Positions 17,496 through 27,315 of a stretch of DNA of 32,000 nucleotides are shown here, piece after piece. Source of the stretch: an uncultured archaeon (GTDB lineage: Archaea; Asgardarchaeota; Thorarchaeia; Thorarchaeales; Thorarchaeaceae); NCBI GenBank assembly GCA_964354495.1, contig CAYHAA010000019.1, positions 29,335-61,334 of the forward strand, in the 5' to 3' direction. The notes beneath the pieces are model-generated. The model saw only the letters and a program-made list of their open reading frames with translations. It was not told where the DNA came from and made no database searches. The translations under genes and the position numbers were made by a program. Every line of letters begins with the position of its first letter. The first letter of the stretch is position 1.

Positions 17496-18977
17496 ATGAG
17501 AGACATGGAAGACGAAGTGAAAAAAGATCTCACTGTGATTCTCGACGAACGTCTACCCAGAAAGTCAAAGATAGCCTTTGGCCTATCCCAAGCATCCATT
17601 AACCTTCTTGAGGTCATTGCTCTCGGTTCCGCAATCACGTTCTATTACAATATCATGCTAGGTCTGAGCGAAGAATGGATTTCGCTTGCTTGGCTCCTTT
17701 TTGCCTTCTGGAACGCTCTCAATGACCCCTTGTTCGGTATTCTACAAGAAAGGATCAATACAGATATCGGCAGGCGAATCCCGGTCCTGCGCTTCGGCGC
17801 GCTGTTCTATGTTCTTACTTTCGTTATTTGCTAGTTCCCATTCATGGGAAACACGCAAATAGCCCTGTTCTGGAATCTGCTACTGGTCCTCTTTTTATTC
17901 GATTCCATGTTCACCATGGTCGGACTAGTAATAACTGCACTGCCTGCTGAAATGTGCATTACGCAAGAAGCTAGGTCCAATCTCAGCTTGTACAACGTGA
18001 TTCTAGGATCTTTCGGTGGTCTAATTGGGATGATACTCCCGTTGATTCTACTCACAAATGAATCATCAACCGACCTCAATCCTCTCTTCCAGCCAGTGAT
18101 GGTACTGGTAGCGATAGTCGCCGGGACAGTCCTGTTCTTTTCGAGTTACTCCCTGACCGAGAATGAGTATGCAAGGACTGAAGAGCCGTTGGGTTTCATT
18201 GAATCGATGGTCAAGGCAGTCAAGAATAGGGAGTTTCTCGCATTCGAAGCCATGAATTTCTTTCATGAAATGGCTTTTACGATAGTAATTGGTTCCATGA
18301 TATATTTTGTGCAATACGTGCTGAGGCTACAGGGTGTCTTGGCTTCTTTCCCATTGTTTGTTATTTTTGTCCTCATGCTGCTTTTTAGTCTCCTAGCCGA
18401 TAGAATGGTGAAACGACGGGGTCTAAAGAAGGTCTATGTTATTGGATTGATGCTAACCAGTATGGGTCTGATATTGCTATGTTTTTCGGGAAACTGGCTA
18501 GTTGCAGTAATGATTAGTCTTGGAGTGGTCGGAATAGGTCTGGCCCCTGTCACCTTGATATGGTCCCCGTTATTGGCTGATGTAATCGACTACGATGAAA
18601 TACTAACAGGCAAAAGGCGGGAAACGACCTATGCAGGTATGAACGCGCTGATTACGAAACCTGCGATCTCCATAGCTAATGCATTGTTCTTGCTGGTCAT
18701 TAGCGGATTTGGATTTGATAATTCCCAGACTGTGCAATCAGGTTCAGCGATACTTGGAATACAGATAGGATACACGCTGATTCCTGCAATATGCTTCATA
18801 GTCAGCGCAATCGCATTATGGAAATGGTACAAGCTGAATGGCAAAGAGTGGGTCGCCAGAAAAATCGAACTAGGCAAGATACATCTGCAGAAAGAAAAGG
18901 AGTACATTAGTCGTCTTCAGAAAGAGGGAAAGATCTCCAAGGTTTACGAGAAGCTCTACAGAGAGCCACAAGAATGA
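17496..18977 (+). pseudogene. MFS transporter, GPH/MelB (glycoside-pentoside-hexuronide) family, with one in-frame TAG (17832-17834)
   Basis: ORFs 17496-17834 and 17844-18977 are in the same frame (…VIC*FPFMGNT…). Family motifs WNALNDPLFG, GRRIP, LLADVIDYDE and GKRRETTYAG. Confidence 0.85.
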
Positions 18978-19120
18978 AAGCTATGGTCTACGAAAAGTAC
19001 TGATCCCGAGATGTTCTTCAAATCAGAAGAGCTGGAGATAGATAACTGACTCAAGAAACATCTTAGTCATTACGCCTATACCCAAGTTATTAAATATAGT
19101 TAATTACAATAAAACAGCTG

Positions 19121-19516
19121 GTGGACAATAACACCAAAGGAGAGAAAATCATGAAAACTGAAACAGCACAGAGAATATTGTGGTTCGCGATGTTATTTAT
19201 CGTCCTAACCATTGTAGTAACGATATTCGCAGGGATTGGATTTGTCCTTGCATTCTCACTGATCGACTTAGGCTCCTTCATTACAGATCCTACAGTCTTG
19301 GCATTCATTCAGGATTACCCATTATTAATCCCGATAGTGATATGGATCTTGGCAGGTCTACAAATCATCTATCTCGCCATCATCTACACGTGGCGAAAGA
19401 ATCCGCTCAAACATAGAACTGGATTCACAATTGTCGGTATCCTCAACCTACTCATGGGCTTTAGCCTTCCAGGATTATTCATCCTTCTTCCAGGACTTCT
19501 TTTGGAAGATCAGTAG
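19121..19516 (+). CDS. Small hypothetical membrane protein (about 3 TM)
   Basis: Hydrophobic segments. Likely true start is ATG 19151 after GGAGAG; AT-rich TATA-like tract near 19088-19100. Confidence 0.65.
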   Translation: MDNNTKGEKIMKTETAQRILWFAMLFIVLTIVVTIFAGIGFVLAFSLIDLGSFITDPTVLAFIQDYPLLIPIVIWILAGLQIIYLAIIYTWRKNPLKHRTGFTIVGILNLLMGFSLPGLFILLPGLLLEDQ

Positions 19517-19527
19517 GCCCTTAGTAC

Positions 19528-19560
19528 GGAGACCATAGTAAGGTCTCCCTACCCTCTTTT
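19528..19560 (+). terminator. Hairpin plus T-tract between convergent genes
   Basis: GGAGACC (19528-19534), 7-nt loop, GGTCTCC (19542-19548), then CTACCCTCTTTTTT, just downstream of the 19516 stop. Confidence 0.4.
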
Positions 19561-19661
19561 TTGCGGCGTCCGTACATGCGGCACTGACTGCAATTCCAGT
19601 TAAGTGGCAACCACTCTCTTTGTAGGAAATCCATTGCATTCGAGGATTGGTCATCTACAAC

Positions 19662-20231
19662 CTATGCAGCCGCTTCAGGCTCCCTTCTTGTCTCCTTTCC
19701 AATCCACCAGACCAAGGCCAACGCAATAGGGACTCCGAATATCAACAGGTCCCAGAAGACTGCAGCAAGGAATGAGTACACCCAATCATTGAATGTCCAT
19801 GAGCTAAAGGGAAGGTTCCACCGGCCATCCAACCATATCACGATTAGCCATGTCAACCCCACCAAGAAACCGAAAGCACCGCCCTCTTCACGCCTATCAC
19901 GTCGGTGCCATCCTGCCCGTTCTTCCACCGGAAGTCCTCTGTACCATTTAGCAAATATCACGGCAACTATTAGTATAACCCAACTTCCCACAAGGACGAG
20001 TTCCCAAAAGATCAGATGCAGAATGAATGTGATCACAGCACCAATTGACCATTGGCCAAGCACGAGTGGCACGAGTACAGCTGCTTGGGCCGTAGCCACA
20101 AACCAAAGCAATACAAGAAGTGCTCCAATTGCAGCTCCAGAGAAGAGCACGGCTAATACCATCACCATCTTCCAATGTCTTCTTAGAAATCTCTTCTCAA
20201 CTTCACCGGGTAGCACCTTGTCAGTATTCAT
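19662..20231 (-). CDS. Hypothetical Trp-rich membrane protein
   Basis: 189-aa ORF with about 4 hydrophobic helices; the opposite-strand ORF is a shadow. Confidence 0.7.
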   Translation of the reverse strand: MNTDKVLPGEVEKRFLRRHWKMVMVLAVLFSGAAIGALLVLLWFVATAQAAVLVPLVLGQWSIGAVITFILHLIFWELVLVGSWVILIVAVIFAKWYRGLPVEERAGWHRRDRREEGGAFGFLVGLTWLIVIWLDGRWNLPFSSWTFNDWVYSFLAAVFWDLLIFGVPIALALVWWIGKETRREPEAAA

Positions 20232-20433
20232 GATTCAGAACTCCATTATTCGGAAGCTATTGTGCAATCTAATAAATGCGACCATCTTCATGGGCTTCTC
20301 TCGTCTGACCTTCCAATTTCCTATGTCACGAAGTGATGAATTTAGGAAATTCAACCGGTATGTGGGAAAAGTACCGAATCTAACAGGTATGAGTCACTTC
20401 GTATGAGTCATTGGAGCCAAAGTGATGAGCAAT

Positions 20434-21279
20434 TCAGTCCTTGGAGAAGCCCCCATGATGGAATTCGATCCTGCACTTGAGACCAGCATCTTTGCATTCT
20501 GTTTCAATTGATTCTGCGACTTCATCCCAAAGAGAATTGTCACTTCTTATTCGATGATAGTATTCAGAGAGCTCGGGATACTTGCTGTCAATCAATTTCA
20601 TTATTCGAGGTGTGTTGTGACCTCGAAAGTTCAGATTTTCAAAACGAAAATCATCAGTGATTCGACTAGCCGTTTCAATGACCATCTTCCAATCTGAGAC
20701 CCTTGGGAAAATCGGTGAAATAAAAACATAGGTTTTGATGCCCTTGTCAGATATTTTCTTCAGGGCATCCAGCCTGTCTGCCGGTTTTGATGCACGTGGC
20801 TCAATAATACCTGCTAGTTCGTCATCGAGAGTGTTCAGAGAAACTCCGACTTCAATTCTTTTGAATTGCTCGAATAGGTCAATGTCACGTTCCACTAGTT
20901 TGGACTTGGTCAGAACTTGGATATCTCCCTTGGTTCCAATGAGCTGTCTTAAGATTCGCCTAGTGTTTTCATACTTCGCTTCGAGAGGCGTATAGGGATC
21001 TGTGACCGAACTCAACAAGAGAGTCTTTCCATCATACTTCTCTGGTTTGATTTTGTCCAGTTCGAATTGCTTTACATCTAAGAATTCTCCCCATTTGTCC
21101 CCTGCGTGATTAGTGAATCGCTTCATGAACTCCGCATAACAATAGATGCAACCATGTTGACAGCCGACATAGGGATTGGCAACGAAATCTATCCCCGGAA
21201 TGTTGCTCTTGCTGATGATGCTCTTTGCCTTGACAGATGTGACTTTCATTATTCTCAGAATTAATCGCGAGGAATGCAC
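20434..21279 (-). CDS. Radical SAM protein, SPL/Rv2578c-like family
   Basis: NPYVGCQHGCIYCYA (CxxxCxxC), SSVTDPY, LTKS, IEPRAS and FISPIFP. Likely start ATG 21249 (MKVTSVKAKSII). Confidence 0.9.
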   Translation of the reverse strand: MHSSRLILRIMKVTSVKAKSIISKSNIPGIDFVANPYVGCQHGCIYCYAEFMKRFTNHAGDKWGEFLDVKQFELDKIKPEKYDGKTLLLSSVTDPYTPLEAKYENTRRILRQLIGTKGDIQVLTKSKLVERDIDLFEQFKRIEVGVSLNTLDDELAGIIEPRASKPADRLDALKKISDKGIKTYVFISPIFPRVSDWKMVIETASRITDDFRFENLNFRGHNTPRIMKLIDSKYPELSEYYHRIRSDNSLWDEVAESIETECKDAGLKCRIEFHHGGFSKD

Positions 21280-21319
21280 TCTTGAATATTGATATACGGC
21301 TCATGCGTAGCGTTTCTAT

Positions 21320-22357
21320 CTAAGAAATGCCTGCAGGCAAATGAATTGCAAACTCACAGTAGTCGTCACCCTTTGTGAGTGCCTTGACAACCTCTATCTT
21401 CAACGGAGTCTCAAGAATTCCTTCGAAAAGTCTTCTCGGCCATCCGGCTGCACAATAGCAGAACGTGCCCGGCATTTCATCCCAGAAGTCTTCTAGCAGT
21501 GGACAGAAGCAGGCAGCATGCATTCTTTCTTTCCTTGTCGTGGCTTTCTCAAAGGCTTCCTTTCTGGCAGGAGCTTTTCTGTCGTAGATGATATTTCCCT
21601 CTCGGCGCATTTTCGGGTAGAAGAAGTGACCGTCCTTCATGGCCTGAATTACTGTATCGATACTCTTTGTCTCTCTATACAGATCTCTCATTGCTACGAT
21701 TAACTCAGCAGGGAATTCATGACCGCAGCACGATAGGACCTCATACTTCTGATCCTCTGTAGCTATCTCATCAAGTTCCATCAGAGCATCCTTGATGACC
21801 GATGCACGTTTGGGTTGCATGGTATCCAAAGCTAGTTCTTTGAAACCACTAAGAACACGGTCCTTCTTTCTCTTTCCTAGGACACGCTCTAAGTGATATG
21901 CCAATTTGCCCTCCCAACCAATAATCATGGCTTGGATTTCAACAACAGTTTTCTCGGGATTCTCAAGGTCGAGAGCTATGAATGCTTCTCTTCCATTCTC
22001 CTGAATGGGATGTCCGTGTCCGTATATCTCAGGTACTAGCTCTCGATAGGTATTCATAATTGTTTCATAGGGGCCTTCGTGAAGGGCAGTAGCAGCAATC
22101 CCGCCCTCTAGGGTAACGACTTCGAAACATCCGCCTTCAATTGGTCTGGACAAAGGAATACAGACATCCATTGTTCTTCCTTTTTTGTCTGTCAAAGGAA
22201 AGTGTTGTACAACAAAAGGATAGCCAGCTGTAGCAACTCCTGCGACTTGTTTCAATCTGGCGAACACATCAGGAAGATCCTCCACCTTTCCATGAATGCG
22301 ATGCGTCAGCACGAGAGCATCTTTGATTTTCTTGTATGTCACTCCCATTTCCGACAC
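21320..22357 (-). CDS. GyrI-like small-molecule-binding domain fused to a Cys-rich DUF6144/V4R-like domain
   Basis: N-terminal GyrI pattern ATALHEGPYETIMNTYREL…REAF. C-terminal CCGH, CFCP, FCYCAAGW and GDDYCEFAI. Confidence 0.7.
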   Translation of the reverse strand: MSEMGVTYKKIKDALVLTHRIHGKVEDLPDVFARLKQVAGVATAGYPFVVQHFPLTDKKGRTMDVCIPLSRPIEGGCFEVVTLEGGIAATALHEGPYETIMNTYRELVPEIYGHGHPIQENGREAFIALDLENPEKTVVEIQAMIIGWEGKLAYHLERVLGKRKKDRVLSGFKELALDTMQPKRASVIKDALMELDEIATEDQKYEVLSCCGHEFPAELIVAMRDLYRETKSIDTVIQAMKDGHFFYPKMRREGNIIYDRKAPARKEAFEKATTRKERMHAACFCPLLEDFWDEMPGTFCYCAAGWPRRLFEGILETPLKIEVVKALTKGDDYCEFAIHLPAGIS

Positions 22358-22493
22358 CCAATGTTGTGCTTCTCTAGGATTTTATGACTAATTAAGGCTG
22401 GATTTCACAGCAATAATCAGAGTCTCCAAATGTCCTCTATCTAAATCATCTGCTCATTTTGAAAGGTCATAATCCCATACAGGCTTTCTTCAC

Positions 22494-22904
22494 CTATTTC
22501 GCATCCAAAACGAGCACCTTAGGGAGCTTCAACAACTTCCCATAGTTTCTACCAGTCGTTCCTCCCCTGAAGAGTAGCTTTCTCGCTCCAAATCTGTTCT
22601 TCGTAAACATCATCTTCAGCGTGGAGTATTTCCTGTTAGTGAAGTACATCATATCCTCAGGGTCAGATATCAGCTCTAGGTCGTAGTCATCCAGCTTGCC
22701 TTTATTGAGAGTATATTCGCCACTTTCTGCAACCAGATTCACCCACATTATGAACTCCTCTTCCACATGCAAGCCTATGTTGATTCTAGCTCGGTACTCG
22801 TCAAGAGTCCTGGTGTTCTTGGGATTCTTCCGCTTATCAGTAATGACGTCCTCTATTACGGACTTGAATGTTAAGTACAATGTTTCTTGCGCTGCTGCAT
22901 CCAT
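22494..22904 (-). CDS. SCP2 (sterol carrier protein 2)-like protein
   Basis: Helix, then strands INIGLH/WVNLVAESGEYTLNKG, then DYDLELISDPEDMMYF: an SCP2-like pattern. Lies 20 nt downstream of a clear SCP2 gene. Confidence 0.55.
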   Translation of the reverse strand: MDAAAQETLYLTFKSVIEDVITDKRKNPKNTRTLDEYRARINIGLHVEEEFIMWVNLVAESGEYTLNKGKLDDYDLELISDPEDMMYFTNRKYSTLKMMFTKNRFGARKLLFRGGTTGRNYGKLLKLPKVLVLDAK

Positions 22905-22924
22905 CGAATTTCACCTTGTCTTTC

Positions 22925-23398
22925 TTAGTAGAATTGTGTGTCAATCATGGTTGATGTTCGTACTAGCTCCTTAGCGGCATCCGTGGCCTTGAGAATTTTA
23001 GCCATATCTCCTACGATTTTTGCCTGGCCACTGAGAAGCCCGCGGACAGGATCCAACTCGCCTTTCAGGATTTTCAACCAAGCATCATATTTGGCTTCAT
23101 AGATGTATTCTGCCGCAACCTTGCCTTTACTGCTCACACTCTCACCGGGTTTCACGACTTGGTACTCAGCTTCCGATTTTATGGGCTTCACGCCAGTGCA
23201 TTTGCCATGAGTCAGCCCGATGAAAGCAAAGATATCATGGTCCAACTTGCCGCTGGCTCTGACAATGAAGATGAAATCACCGGTCCACCACGAAGCAGCT
23301 TTGGCATAGGCTTTGTTGTTGTTGAGCGCATCCTTGTAAAGATCTAACCATTCAGGTGTCATGAATTTCGGCATAGTAATCAAACCCCAGTGTAACAC
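22925..23398 (-). CDS. SCP2 sterol/lipid-binding domain protein
   Basis: FMTPEWL…LN….Y…A..W.GDF, Y.AW.KILKGELDPVRGLLSGQAKIVGD is the typical archaeal SCP2 signature. Likely start ATG 23374. Confidence 0.85.
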   Translation of the reverse strand: MLHWGLITMPKFMTPEWLDLYKDALNNNKAYAKAASWWTGDFIFIVRASGKLDHDIFAFIGLTHGKCTGVKPIKSEAEYQVVKPGESVSSKGKVAAEYIYEAKYDAWLKILKGELDPVRGLLSGQAKIVGDMAKILKATDAAKELVRTSTMIDTQFY

Positions 23399-23545
23399 TG
23401 ATCATAATGACTCGATTGAATGTTCTTGTATCAAGAGTATCTGACTGATAAATAGAGCTTAAGGAGATCTGAGGTCACTGAGATGTGCGAAGAACCTCAC
23501 CTTTGCATTCATCCAGACGCCTTATCTCCCTTGATGAACATCAGC

Positions 23546-23555
23546 CTTTTAAAAG
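23546..23555 (+). promoter_or_regulatory. Candidate TATA box for the AOR-ligase gene
   Basis: Palindromic CTTTTAAAAG about 43 nt before ATG 23598, within the divergent intergenic region. Confidence 0.4.
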
Positions 23556-23597
23556 CGTGTGACTTCGTTTCCTGAATAGTAAGGGGTCCGCTACATC

Positions 23598-26500
23598 ATG
23601 TATGGCTACATGGGCAAAATCCTGCGTATCAATCTGACCACTTCTAGAATAACTGAGGAATTCCCTGATGAAAAGACCCTACGAAAATACCTCGGTGGTG
23701 CAGGATTAGCTACCAAGATCCTACTTGAGGAAACTAAGAAGGGCATCGACCCCCTTGGACCTGAGAACAAACTCATCTTCATGACTGGCCCCCTTACAGG
23801 TACGAATTCACCCAGCACGGGACGATACAGCGTAGTAACAAAGTCACCCCTCACGAACGGATGGGGTCAGGCGAATTCCGCAGGATTCTGGGGGAGAGAT
23901 TTCAAACGCTCAGGTTTTGATGGCATAATATTCGAGGGAAAAGCACCAAGACCAGTCTATCTTCTCACTGAAGATGGAAAAGCAAGGCTGCTCGATGCAG
24001 CCAAGATATGGGGAAAGAACACATCTGAAACAACAAGAATTCTCAGGGAGAAGCATGGACCCAAATTCAATGTCGCCTGCATTGGTATCGCAGGGGAAAA
24101 CCTAGTCAAGTACGCGGCAATCATGAACGACTGCGATGAGGAGAACTGGGGTCGTGCAGCGGGACGGTGCGGCGTTGGCGCAGTCATGGGATCAAAGAAT
24201 CTGAAAGCAATCGCATCAAAGGGGACTCTGGAAATCCCCATTGCAGATCCGGATGCATACAAGCGCGAGGCAAAACAGAGATTCGACTGGGTGAACCAAA
24301 GCCTTCTGAAGATGACCCTTGAGGTCTATGGTACTGCTACGATGGTTGACCTGGTCAATGTAAAGGGAGGCATCCCGACTCGAAACTGGCAGACCGGTGT
24401 CTTCGAAAATGCAGAGAAGATTAACGGACAAGCAATCAATGACAACATCCTTGTGAAACGAAAGCCCTGCTTTGCTTGCCCTATTCATTGTGGGAGAATT
24501 GCTGAGATCAAGGAGGGCCCATTCAAAAGCAAAGGAGAAGGCCCAGAATATGAAACTCTCAGCTCATTCGGGACCATGTGTGGTGTGGACAGTCTAGAAG
24601 CCATCACGCTCGCACACTTCCTATGCAATGAATATGGCATTGATACGATCTCTGCAGGGAACACTGTCGGGTTTGCCATGGAGTGTCGCCAACGCGGCAT
24701 TCTGAAAGATGAGGACCTCGATGGCATGGACTTCTCTTGGGGAAATGCACAACTCATAGTTGACATTGTTCACAAGATTGGAAAACGTGAAGGAATAGGA
24801 GATCTCCTTGCTGAAGGAACTATGAGGATGGCTGAGAAGCTAGGTCATGGGTCTGAGAGGTTCGCGATGCATGTCAAGGGACTGGAGCTTCCGGGTTATG
24901 ACAGTAGAGCAGCCAAGATAACTGGACTTGCCTATGCTGTTGCCAATCGGGGTGGAGATCACATCACAGCGTATATTGAAGGACCTGCTTTTCTTTCAAT
25001 GCCTTTCATGATTGTCGAGAATGCGGATGTGGGAGACCCGCTATTGGAAATCCCAGAGATAGCATTAGTCGTCAAGAACTTCGAGGACGCGTTCGGTATC
25101 TTTGATGCCATTGGTGGGTGCAAATTCATGGGGATGGTGCTCACTACCGACGACTGGGCGAAACTGATCTCCACATTGATGGGCTATGAGTTCTCTGCGG
25201 ATGACTTTCGCAAAACAGGTGAGAGAATCTACAATCTAGAACGGGCATATATTCTGAGAGAAGGGTTTACGCGAAAAGATGACACATTGCCTCGACGGTT
25301 GCTAGAGGACCCAATGCCTGAAGGACCAGCCAAGGGGCATGTTGTGAACCTAGATGTTCTCCTGAATGCGTACTACAACTATCGTGGATGGGATACTCAA
25401 GGCAGACCCACCAAAGAGAAACTGAAGGAACTGGGTTTGGAATGGGTCGCTGGTGTAATCCCTCAATACGGATATTCTGAGAGAGAGATTACAGGGACAC
25501 AAACAATTCAGATCACTGCTTCCAACAAAGAGACATCATCACTGGAATCAACAACACCGGCTGAAATCATTGGTGACAGACCATGGTTCAGCAGCTACAA
25601 AATAGGTCCATTCAAGCTCAAGCATTCGATGGCTCCGTATCCTGAGATAAATGTCTACAAGTTCCTAGAGGACTCAGCATCGAATTTCCCTGATATTGAA
25701 GCCTGTGAGTACTTAGATCAGCACATGACGTATCAGGAATTGAAGTTGAAGGTTGACAAGCTTGCCTCAGCATTCATAGCACTTGGTGTGAAGAAAGGGG
25801 ATGCAATTGCCACTGTACTCCCATCATGTCCTGAATTCATAATAGCCGACTATGCCGCAATGAAAATCGGAGCCATCCATGTTCCTCTGAGCATCATGCA
25901 CAAGGAAGACGACTTGTTGTATGAACTCAAAGAGAGTAAGGCCGAAATTGTGGTATGTTCGTCCAGACGTGTGGAAAGAGTCAATCGAGTGAAACCGGAA
26001 ACGAACGTCAGAATTGTCATCTCTACTCCTACAAGGGTGTTTCCAGACTATGAATATCCTGACGTGGAACAGATTGATGATGACAACTATTTCCTTCTTA
26101 ATGACTTGATAGAACAGTACGAGCCACATATGGGAACTGTTGAGATCGACCCGAAGCAGGATATCGCCCTACTGCCCTTCACAGGCGGCACTACGGGGCT
26201 TCCAAAAGGAACTCTGCTGACTCATTATAATTTGACAAGTGCTGTCATACAGTCAATTCAATGGATGATGGACCCTCTAAAGGAGGGTATCATAGGACAG
26301 AGCGCTGGTCTGATATGTGTGCCCATCTTCCACGCATACGGTCATTGGGCTGTGCATGCATGCTTGTCATGGGGAATGAAAATATACCTGATTGACCCGC
26401 GCGATATCTCAAGAATTGCTGACACTATCAACAAACACCGTCCGTTCGTTGTGTTTGCAGTCCCAGCTCACTATACCATGCTAAGCAAGTTCGACCTGAA

Positions 26501-27245
26501 GAAGGGGCAGATATTCTACTACTCAGGTGCAGCGGCACTTCCTGCTGATCTTGCCGAGGAGTTCGAGAAGAAGACAGGAGTGCCCATGGGCGAAGGCTAT
26601 GGTGCAACAGAGTCATCCGCAGTTGTCACAATCAACCTGTCTGCGCTTTCAAAGGTCACCGGCTTCATGAGCGAAACAAAGAGGGGCATCGGTGTTCCTA
26701 TCCCTGATACAGAGATCAAAATCGTCGATCCCGAAACCGGCAAAGAGCTTCCGCTTAACGAGCGAGGAGAAATCTGGATCCGTGGACCGCAAGTTATGAA
26801 GGGATACTTTCCAACTCCTGGAAGTGGACTAAGGGAAGGCGGATGGTTGCCCATGGGCGATATTGTCGAGATGGATAGTGATGGCTACTTCCGAATCGTG
26901 GACCGGCTGAAGGACATGATCAATGTCTCGGGAAACAAGGTGTACAGTAGAGTCATTGATGACATCCTTTGCGCACACGAAGCGATCGATGTTGCAGGTG
27001 TGATAGGGATTCCTGATCGTGAGAGACCTGGGAGTGAGAGAGTGAAGGCTTTCATTCAGTTGAAACCAGAATACAGAGGTAAGGTCTCGGAAAAAGACAT
27101 TGTCGACTACTTGAAGGACAAAGTGAAACCGTATGCTGTGCCTAAATGGGTAGAGTTCAGAGATGAATTACCTCTGACCATCGCGATGAAACTTTTCAAA
27201 AAGAAGCTACGCGAAGAAGAAATCGCAATAAGAGAACAACTCTGA
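23598..27245 (+). CDS. Fusion of tungsten-dependent aldehyde:ferredoxin oxidoreductase (aa ~1-617) and long-chain acyl-CoA ligase/adenylate-forming enzyme (aa ~660-1215)
   Basis: AOR motifs YGYMGKILRINLT, GRAAGRCGVGAVMGSKNLKAI, CFACPIHCG, PEYET, DTISAG, HVKGLE and GCKF. Ligase motifs LPFTGGTTGLPKG, GEGYGATE, GD…DGYFRIVDRLKDMINVSG and PKWVEFRDELP. One uninterrupted frame. Confidence 0.92.
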   Translation: MYGYMGKILRINLTTSRITEEFPDEKTLRKYLGGAGLATKILLEETKKGIDPLGPENKLIFMTGPLTGTNSPSTGRYSVVTKSPLTNGWGQANSAGFWGRDFKRSGFDGIIFEGKAPRPVYLLTEDGKARLLDAAKIWGKNTSETTRILREKHGPKFNVACIGIAGENLVKYAAIMNDCDEENWGRAAGRCGVGAVMGSKNLKAIASKGTLEIPIADPDAYKREAKQRFDWVNQSLLKMTLEVYGTATMVDLVNVKGGIPTRNWQTGVFENAEKINGQAINDNILVKRKPCFACPIHCGRIAEIKEGPFKSKGEGPEYETLSSFGTMCGVDSLEAITLAHFLCNEYGIDTISAGNTVGFAMECRQRGILKDEDLDGMDFSWGNAQLIVDIVHKIGKREGIGDLLAEGTMRMAEKLGHGSERFAMHVKGLELPGYDSRAAKITGLAYAVANRGGDHITAYIEGPAFLSMPFMIVENADVGDPLLEIPEIALVVKNFEDAFGIFDAIGGCKFMGMVLTTDDWAKLISTLMGYEFSADDFRKTGERIYNLERAYILREGFTRKDDTLPRRLLEDPMPEGPAKGHVVNLDVLLNAYYNYRGWDTQGRPTKEKLKELGLEWVAGVIPQYGYSEREITGTQTIQITASNKETSSLESTTPAEIIGDRPWFSSYKIGPFKLKHSMAPYPEINVYKFLEDSASNFPDIEACEYLDQHMTYQELKLKVDKLASAFIALGVKKGDAIATVLPSCPEFIIADYAAMKIGAIHVPLSIMHKEDDLLYELKESKAEIVVCSSRRVERVNRVKPETNVRIVISTPTRVFPDYEYPDVEQIDDDNYFLLNDLIEQYEPHMGTVEIDPKQDIALLPFTGGTTGLPKGTLLTHYNLTSAVIQSIQWMMDPLKEGIIGQSAGLICVPIFHAYGHWAVHACLSWGMKIYLIDPRDISRIADTINKHRPFVVFAVPAHYTMLSKFDLKKGQIFYYSGAAALPADLAEEFEKKTGVPMGEGYGATESSAVVTINLSALSKVTGFMSETKRGIGVPIPDTEIKIVDPETGKELPLNERGEIWIRGPQVMKGYFPTPGSGLREGGWLPMGDIVEMDSDGYFRIVDRLKDMINVSGNKVYSRVIDDILCAHEAIDVAGVIGIPDRERPGSERVKAFIQLKPEYRGKVSEKDIVDYLKDKVKPYAVPKWVEFRDELPLTIAMKLFKKKLREEEIAIREQL

Positions 27246-27315
27246 GTCGCTCACTTCCTTCCCAAAATGACATAGTACTTATCTGTCACCATTTAATGGA
27301 CTGAAACGGAGGCTG

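Noticed and set aside
19789-20406. 205-aa plus-strand ORF
   Set aside because: Antisense shadow of the Trp/hydrophobic membrane gene; its Ser/Thr/Pro-rich composition is what the reverse complement would give.
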